Below are positions 57,396-64,000 of a DNA stretch of 64,000 nt, piece by piece. The first letter of the stretch is position 1, and every line of letters starts with the position of its first letter. The notes beneath the pieces are model-generated. The model was given only the letters and a program-made list of their open reading frames with translations. It did no database searches and had not been told where the DNA came from. The stretch lies in assembly GCA_951406725.2 (NCBI GenBank), contig OX597826.1, positions 61,504,001-61,568,000 of the forward strand, read 5' to 3'. The stretch is from Octopus vulgaris (Eukaryota). A program made the position numbers and the translations under genes.

Positions 57396-57695
57396 TCTCT
57401 ATATATAAACGGCAGTTTTTCTGTGTGTCTGTCAGGTTGTACCCTCACCCTGACCACGGCTTTCAACCGATTCTGATGAAACTTGACACACACATAGCCC
57501 AATGTCATAATTCAAAACTAACGCAGGGAAAATTTTGAAAAGTTCCCCCAGTTCTGAAAAAAAATCGATAAATTCGACATGGGGTCGAGAATTTCAATTT
57601 TTTTGCTATTTTCAATATTTTTCAATATTTTTGCTAAAAATGCTTTATAGTTATTTCCCTTACAAACCCGAGCAACGCCGGGCGATACTGCTAGT
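57396..57695 (+). mobile_element. Non-autonomous Helitron-like element
   Basis: 5' TCTCTATATATAAACGGCAG; 3' hairpin CCCGAGCAACGCCGGG followed by CTAGT. Confidence 0.7.
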
Positions 57696-57732
57696 CTATA
57701 TATATATATTTTTTTATTTTACAAATACTTAA

Positions 57733-57846
57733 TCCTTTGAGCCTCTAACACCGGTTTACCAGTGAATGGCTTATTTTTTCTATACCCTAGCACCGCTCTA
57801 CCGGTGGAATGCATCAGGAAGATTCAGGAGGTCAGGCCCCTAAGGG
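57733..57846. mobile_element. Short piggyBac-like MITE remnant
   Basis: TTAA on both sides, termini TCCTTT...AAGGG. Confidence 0.35.
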
Positions 57847-58413
57847 TTAAGGGTCGGAAGAAGCTAAGGTTGGTTTGAATAATTTAAATACAGCGAGATT
57901 CTAACATAATTATTTGCATGTTTAATCGTTATTTACATCAAATCAAATACAAGTTTATGTGAGATGAGATGTAAAGAGATACCGAAAGGAGTTATTTGAA
58001 GCAACGGTTAAGTACTAGCAAAAATCTCATCTTCATATCTATATCAAACATTTAGCTTAAGTCATTAAATAGTCAGCTGCCTCTCGCAAACGAGTATGGC
58101 TGGATAACAAGTGACATTCTCCACTATTTGTTTTAGGTAACTATATAGTCGTGAGCTGACATAGATAACCATTCGCTATCTCTCAGTTAGATAGAATGTG
58201 ACAGCTGGAGGGAAAGAGAATTGCATTCGCTCCAGGCTGGTAATCATTTACGTATGAATAGACTGGTACATCGAGAAGTGAAGGGCCTTGCTTAAAGAAA
58301 CAACACGCTGCTCGGTCCAGACATTTTGATTGTGAATCAGATATCCTAAACCCTGTGCAACACGCTAAATAACCCTAGGTGTCAAATAGACAATATACTC
58401 CACTGACAATATA

Positions 58414-58666
58414 CTGTTGTGTCGACGCCCCCAGACGATGAAGTAGGCTAGCCCAATACGTAGATATATAGAGAGAAGTCTAGACGCCGAGGAGTTGAGT
58501 AGAGGTCATCCGAACGTGCTATATAACAGTGGCGATGAGGATGAGATCCACTGTTATATCGCACGTTCAGATGACCTCTTCTCAACTCCTCGACATCTAG
58601 ACTTCTCCCTCTATATCTACGTATTGGGCTAGCCTACTTCATCGTCTGATGGCGTCGACACAACAG
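58414..58666. repeat. Long fold-back inverted repeat (119-bp arms, 15-nt loop)
   Basis: Arms 58414-58532 and 58548-58666 are near-perfect reverse complements. Confidence 0.95.
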
Positions 58667-60019
58667 CCTCTCATCCCTTTCGGAGTCAATAAAGCAAGTA
58701 CCAGCAAAACTCTGTATTCGATCCCCGAAATTGCTGGCATTGAGCCAAAATTTGAAAGCAATATTACAATATCCATTATAACAATCAGCAGCTACAGTAC
58801 GACTTAATTTTAATTACACAGCTCACATATCTTTCGTTTCCTTGCAAGTACTAAGCGATTGAGACAAGGTGCGTGAGCATTCATAATATGCCCAGGTGCA
58901 CAATTTACCTTTCCATGCCATTGCAACTGATGAAAATACAAGTTACAAACCAATGGAGCTTACACAACTTTCATTAGTGTTTATAAGAAAATTGCAAACA
59001 ATTGCAGCTTGCATTTTCAGTCAGCCTTCGACCATCGTTGCATTAAAAGAACATCTCCGATCAGAATTTTTCATTCTACTAGTATCAGTTTAAGAACGAA
59101 TGCTTAAGTGAACGAACAATCTGAGAGGAACTGTGACTTATTGATATTCTCAATTATTTGCTCATGAACGATATAATAGATATTAATTTTAAAATATTTT
59201 TTGAGCGTTAGGACTTTTGAAATCAGTTGTCGGTTTTCATTGTGTTCAAGAGACCGAAATCAGAGCATTTCTCCTGAACGGAACGCTGGATTGTTGCAGA
59301 GCTGAAGGTCAGTAATTTTGAGGATCGGGAACAAGTCGATTACATCGACTCCAATGCTGAACTGGTACTTATTTTATCGGGCTCGAAAAGATGAAACGCA
59401 TAAGTTGAACCTGGAACATAAAGAGTCGGAAGAAATGCTGCTAAACATTTTGTCCGATATACTAATGATTCTGCCATCTTATCACCTTAGCAGACATTGA
59501 TTCACGGACGCAAAGAATAAAACTTCTATAACTCTGTATCAAGATTAAGTAAAACTATGAACTGGCAGAATCATTTAGCACGCTGGGCGAAATGCTTAGG
59601 AGCTTTTCGTCCGTTTTTGCATTCTGAGTTCAAAATTCCGCTGAGGTTGACTTTACCTTTCATCCTTTCGGGGTCGATAAATTAACTAGTAGTAGAACAT
59701 TAGGATAAATGTAACCGACTTATCCTAAAAAATTGCTGGCATTGTGTCAAAGTTAGAAATCAGTATTAAGTATAAACTTCATACGACAGATGTTTCGATT
59801 TATTTTGCTTTCCTATTCACAATCAAATTAACATATGTTTACACTTCAACTGGCATTGTTGGTATATGCGTGTGCTTGTGTATGCAACTTGTATTGAGCA
59901 TAGGGGGCATACATGAGTGTGGATTTGTATTATATGACTAAGTGCTTTGATCGATCGAAGTCTCTTTGTGCATGCCGGTTTCTGAGTAAACGCCTATGAA
60001 TATGTATGTATGTATGTAT

Positions 60020-62378
60020 TGATTGATTGATTGATTCTAGTTTCAGCTCATGAGCTGTGGCCATGCTGGGGCACCGCCATTTGTTGTTGCTACTTGGTTT
60101 TACTTCACGAAAGCTTTTTAGCAACTGCCATTTGGTGCATGAGAGAGTTCGATGCAGCTGCCCTCATCTGCACCTCCTGCCGTGAAGTTGGTTCATCTGG
60201 GACACCTGACAGGAAGAGATCCAGTTCCATTTTAAAGACAACTGCATCCACCCCATGCAGGTCTCTCAGGTTCTTCGGGAGGATACTGAAGAGCTGTGGG
60301 CCACGGAAGCCCAGGCTATCACAGTATCTTGTCCTACATCTTGATGGCAAATTTGGAGTCCTAGGCACCACGCAATGGCGCCCAGTTCTGGCATTTGTGT
60401 AACTCTCGATGCCAAAGTTTGGGACACGTCCCTCCAGGATCTTCCAGATGTATATTATGGCATATCTTTCCCGCCTACGCTCCAAGGAATATAGTTTTAA
60501 TCTCTTGAGTCTTTCCCAGTAGCTTACATTCTGCATAGAGGCTATCTTCTTCGTGTAGCTACGCTGGATCGCCTCGAGCTCTGTGATCAACTTGACACTG
60601 GATGGTGACCATAACTGAGAGCAATAGTCAAAGTGGCTTAGGACAAGTGTCCTCCAGAGGACCATCATGGTTTCTTGTTCTCTTGTTCTAAAGGTTCTGA
60701 GAATCCATCCAGCCAGCCGTCTACATTTTATTGCCAGTTTAGCAACATGTACATGAAAGGTCGCGTCATCACTCATGTGAATACCCAGGTCACGCACTGA
60801 TTGTGCCTCTGGGATTGCAATCCCTCCGGGTCCAGTGTATTCATTGGGTGTTGCATTCAGTTTTGCATGCTGATAGTATAAAGCTTGAAACTTTTCAGCA
60901 TTGAACTGCATGCTATTCTTTTCAGCCCACTTGTATATTTCGTCCAGCTCACATTGCAGGTGCTTAGTGTCTTCAGGGTTCTGTATTGCCTGTGAAACTT
61001 TTGTATCATCTGCATAACTTGTGATCGTGGCTCTCTGCGTGGCTGAGGGCATGTCTGAGAGGGCCATTATGAACAGTAGTGGTCCCAAAACAGTGCCCTG
61101 CGGAACACCGCTCACTATTTGTGTGTTAATGGAAGTGGCCTCATTGGCTGCTACCACCTGACTTCTATTCTTCAGAAAGTCATGAAGCCATTCTCCCAAT
61201 TTTCCAACTATGCCAAGATCACGCAATTTGTGACATATCATTCCATGATCGACTTTATCAAAGGCCTTTGCAAAGTCGAGATATATGACTTCCACATTTG
61301 AGTGGTTGAGCAGTTGTTTCAGCACCCAGTCATAGTGTTGTATGAGCTGAGTTAAACAGCTTCTTCCTGGTCGGAAACCATGTTGGGTGTCAGGCAGCAA
61401 GTCATTTTCTTCAAGGAAGGTGATTAGTTTCCTTCTGACTATTCGTTCCATGACCTTGCTGATGTGTGAGGTGAGAGAGATAGGTCTGTAGTTCTTGGCC
61501 TCTGCTCTGCTACCACCTTTATGAATAGGGCATATTTTACCTTCCTTCAGTTTTTTTGGAAGTTTGCCAGCTGCAAGGAAGCTCTGAAAGAGGATCTGCA
61601 GTGGTCTTGCTAGGACTCTCTTACATACTTTCAGGAGGATTGCCGGGAATCCATCGGGGCCAATAGCTGATTCTGTTTTCATTTCATCTATGGCCTTTAT
61701 TACATCGTCTTCCTTTATATCGATGTAATTTATCGTCGCCGCCTTTGATTTTATATCTGCAGTGGTAAAGAAGTCAGTTGGATTGGTGATTTGGAAATGC
61801 CCGAGGGGTGGAGTGAAAACACTCTTGAATTGCTCATTCAGTATTTCACTTACCCTCATTGGTTTTCCTGTGAGTGTGCCATCCTTTTCAAGGAGTGGCC
61901 CTATCCTACAGTGCACCGTAGCTGTTTCTTTGGCATACCTGTAGAAAGCTCTGGGGTTAGATTTTATGTTGTCTATAGCCCAGGCTTCTTTGTCTGCTCT
62001 TTCCTTTTCATGGGAGAGTTGCAGACATTTTTCAATTTCCAACAGTTTTATTTTCAGGCGGGACTTTTCACTGCTTTCAATCGTTCACATCTTGTCATTC
62101 CTGGGAGAGAAAGGCCCTCGGGCCATCTGACATTGGGTAGATTGAAGTCTCCCATAAGAAGTACACTTATGTGTTGTTCTAATGTGATTAGAACTTCTTC
62201 TATTTTTATAAGGCAGTCTTCAAACTTGCCCACATGGTTAGGGGCATCTGGAGGGCGATATGTAGCACACACAACTACATCAAGTTGCCTAATATGTACA
62301 ATTAGAGTTTGAGTATGACAAGAGGACCTGGGGTGTGAGGTCCTCACGGATGTACATAGCAACTCCTCCATGACTCCT
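60020..62378 (-). mobile_element. CR1/L2-group LINE, 5'-truncated with an internal deletion between endonuclease and RT
   Basis: ORF 60105-62042 has NYRPISLTS, QHGFRPGRSC, YLDFAKAFDKV, GVPQGTVLGP, YADD, DLGI, LYSLERRR; ORF 62054-62371 has APE motifs YRPP and MGDFNLP; (CAAT)n tail. Confidence 0.92.
60105..62042 (-). CDS. LINE ORF2 reverse transcriptase portion (645 aa, no real start codon)
   Basis: Full set of non-LTR RT motifs in one open frame. Confidence 0.8.
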   Translation of the reverse strand: MEIEKCLQLSHEKERADKEAWAIDNIKSNPRAFYRYAKETATVHCRIGPLLEKDGTLTGKPMRVSEILNEQFKSVFTPPLGHFQITNPTDFFTTADIKSKAATINYIDIKEDDVIKAIDEMKTESAIGPDGFPAILLKVCKRVLARPLQILFQSFLAAGKLPKKLKEGKICPIHKGGSRAEAKNYRPISLTSHISKVMERIVRRKLITFLEENDLLPDTQHGFRPGRSCLTQLIQHYDWVLKQLLNHSNVEVIYLDFAKAFDKVDHGMICHKLRDLGIVGKLGEWLHDFLKNRSQVVAANEATSINTQIVSGVPQGTVLGPLLFIMALSDMPSATQRATITSYADDTKVSQAIQNPEDTKHLQCELDEIYKWAEKNSMQFNAEKFQALYYQHAKLNATPNEYTGPGGIAIPEAQSVRDLGIHMSDDATFHVHVAKLAIKCRRLAGWILRTFRTREQETMMVLWRTLVLSHFDYCSQLWSPSSVKLITELEAIQRSYTKKIASMQNVSYWERLKRLKLYSLERRRERYAIIYIWKILEGRVPNFGIESYTNARTGRHCVVPRTPNLPSRCRTRYCDSLGFRGPQLFSILPKNLRDLHGVDAVVFKMELDLFLSGVPDEPTSRQEVQMRAAASNSLMHQMAVAKKLS

Positions 62379-63189
62379 TATGTATGTATGTATGTATGTA
62401 TGTATGTATGTATGTGTGTGTATGTGTGTGTGCGTGCGAGCGTGAACGTACGAGTTGATATATGTAAATTTGTAAAATCGTCATTGCGTTGTTTTTCTTT
62501 TATGACAATGCGTAAGGCAATATTAAGCATAGACTGACTACTTTATCTTAAAGAGCACAAAAAGAACAACTGAAATGTCAGCTGAATCAAAATACCATTG
62601 ATATTCACATTCTACTTACACTGTCTATATCTTCAACAGAAAATATAGTCTCCGGTGACCAGAAACAAACCTATTGGGATTATCTATACTTTAACAGCAA
62701 CAAAATAAACAGAATATTATCTCGGTATATATGTGTACCGTGTTATTATACAGTACACATGTAAATAATAAATTACAATTATATAGATGGAAAATGAATT
62801 TGTGTGAACAAATAGCTTGCAAAATGTACTTTATGTATCAGAAGAATGTGTGGCTATCTTCCAATATTTGTTCATATAAAAATGATGGATTTAATTAAAT
62901 AACTACTCAAAATCAAAGTGAAAGGTCAAGAATAATCGCAAATAAGTGGCAATAATTGGACTGCACCTCTTCTGGCGATACGGGCTTGAAAAGTTTAGTC
63001 GAACAAATCAACTCCAGTACTCATGTTTTAAAGGTATTGTAAGTTATCCTATCGGTTTCTCGAACTTACAGGGACGTAAGAAAACCAGCATCGGTTGTCA
63101 AGTGGTGGTGGGATACAAAGATACATATACAAAGATGCATATACATACATACATACATACATACATACATACATACATACATACATACA

Positions 63190-63425
63190 TTTATGGCTGC
63201 CCCCTCGTTATCGAGTATGGTCATTGCACGAATCTTAACTGTTACTGGTGCTGTGATCGAATGTGACTTTTTAGCCCAGCTAAAGATCTACAATGTCTTG
63301 TACAAAATTGGCAAATAAAACCTTTACTGGTAATAGCCGGCTGTAGTTGTAACTGGGCTTCATGTACCTTTGCATGCCGTTTAAGTCTTCCTGCCGAATT
63401 ACACTCTCTTCCACATGCCCGACAC
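63190..63425 (-). mobile_element. RTE-like LINE 3' end (two C2H2 fingers + tail)
   Basis: CRACGREC...LKRHAKVH and CQFCTRHCRSLAGLKSHIRSQH, followed by GTGCAATGACCATACTCGATAACGAG and (ATGT)n. Confidence 0.7.
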
Positions 63426-63932
63426 ATACATACATACATACATACATACATACATACATACATACATACATACATACATTATACATACATATATATATGC
63501 GACATTATATATACATATATATATATGCGACATGGAGAGATGGCTTAGCTGGAAAAGCAGCTTAGACCCTACTACATGTCTAAACACAAGGACAGAACTT
63601 TTCGGATCATGCCCACATACGACTAAATCTCTGTTACATTTTTGGTCCCCTAAAGAAAACAGATAGAACATGCTTTCTATGCTATGTCCCAAGAAGGTTT
63701 TTTAACCTCATCACACCTTCTATCATACATTTTATATATTTTTATATATTTTTTATGTACTTTTATATAATTTTTATGGCGAAAAATGCGAGCGATGTAT
63801 AAGTACGCAGGCAAGCAGAGTTATAACACAGTAATTTCCCTTTGTATAACGGTATTTTTTCATAGCGTTTTCAAATAGCCAAATAACCGAAACTCAGAGT
63901 TTTATCTTGACTATCGAGTAATGTAACATATT

Positions 63933-64000
<68 letters not shown>

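Noticed and set aside
63242-63425. Two C2H2 zinc fingers suggesting a cephalopod C2H2-ZNF gene
   Set aside because: No TGEKP linker; the S.AGL.SH.R pattern and a retroposon tail indicate the C-terminus of an RTE LINE.

Overview
Eukaryotic, AT-rich, microsatellite-dense DNA. The tRNA-derived SINE families look like those of an octopus (coleoid cephalopod); this is inferred, not proven. Most ORF-track entries are artefacts of (TA)n/(CA)n/(CATA)n repeats. Among the repeats lie two tandem, minus-strand, multi-exon paralogous genes that I spliced by hand. Gene A is complete: CDS exons 24419-24386, 15189-15042, 10634-10489, 5262-5100, 1123-922, giving 230 aa. Gene B has exons 48461-48317, 41464-41319, 37755-37611, 30750-30558; its first exon is not securely placed. 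Both encode a predicted helical protein with 10 positionally conserved cysteines and a GPI-anchor-type hydrophobic C-terminus; A has a clear signal peptide and B shares its core. The introns have matching phases, but the mature sequences are very divergent. A decayed extra copy of exon 4 lies at about 5730-5885. The rest is mobile DNA: an 807-aa Penelope-like RT+GIY-YIG ORF with a long fingers insertion, a CR1-like LINE whose 3' tail is shared with the commonest SINE, R4/Dong-like and RTE fragments, mariner/Tc1/hAT/Helitron-like elements, hammerhead-like motifs and several long hairpins.
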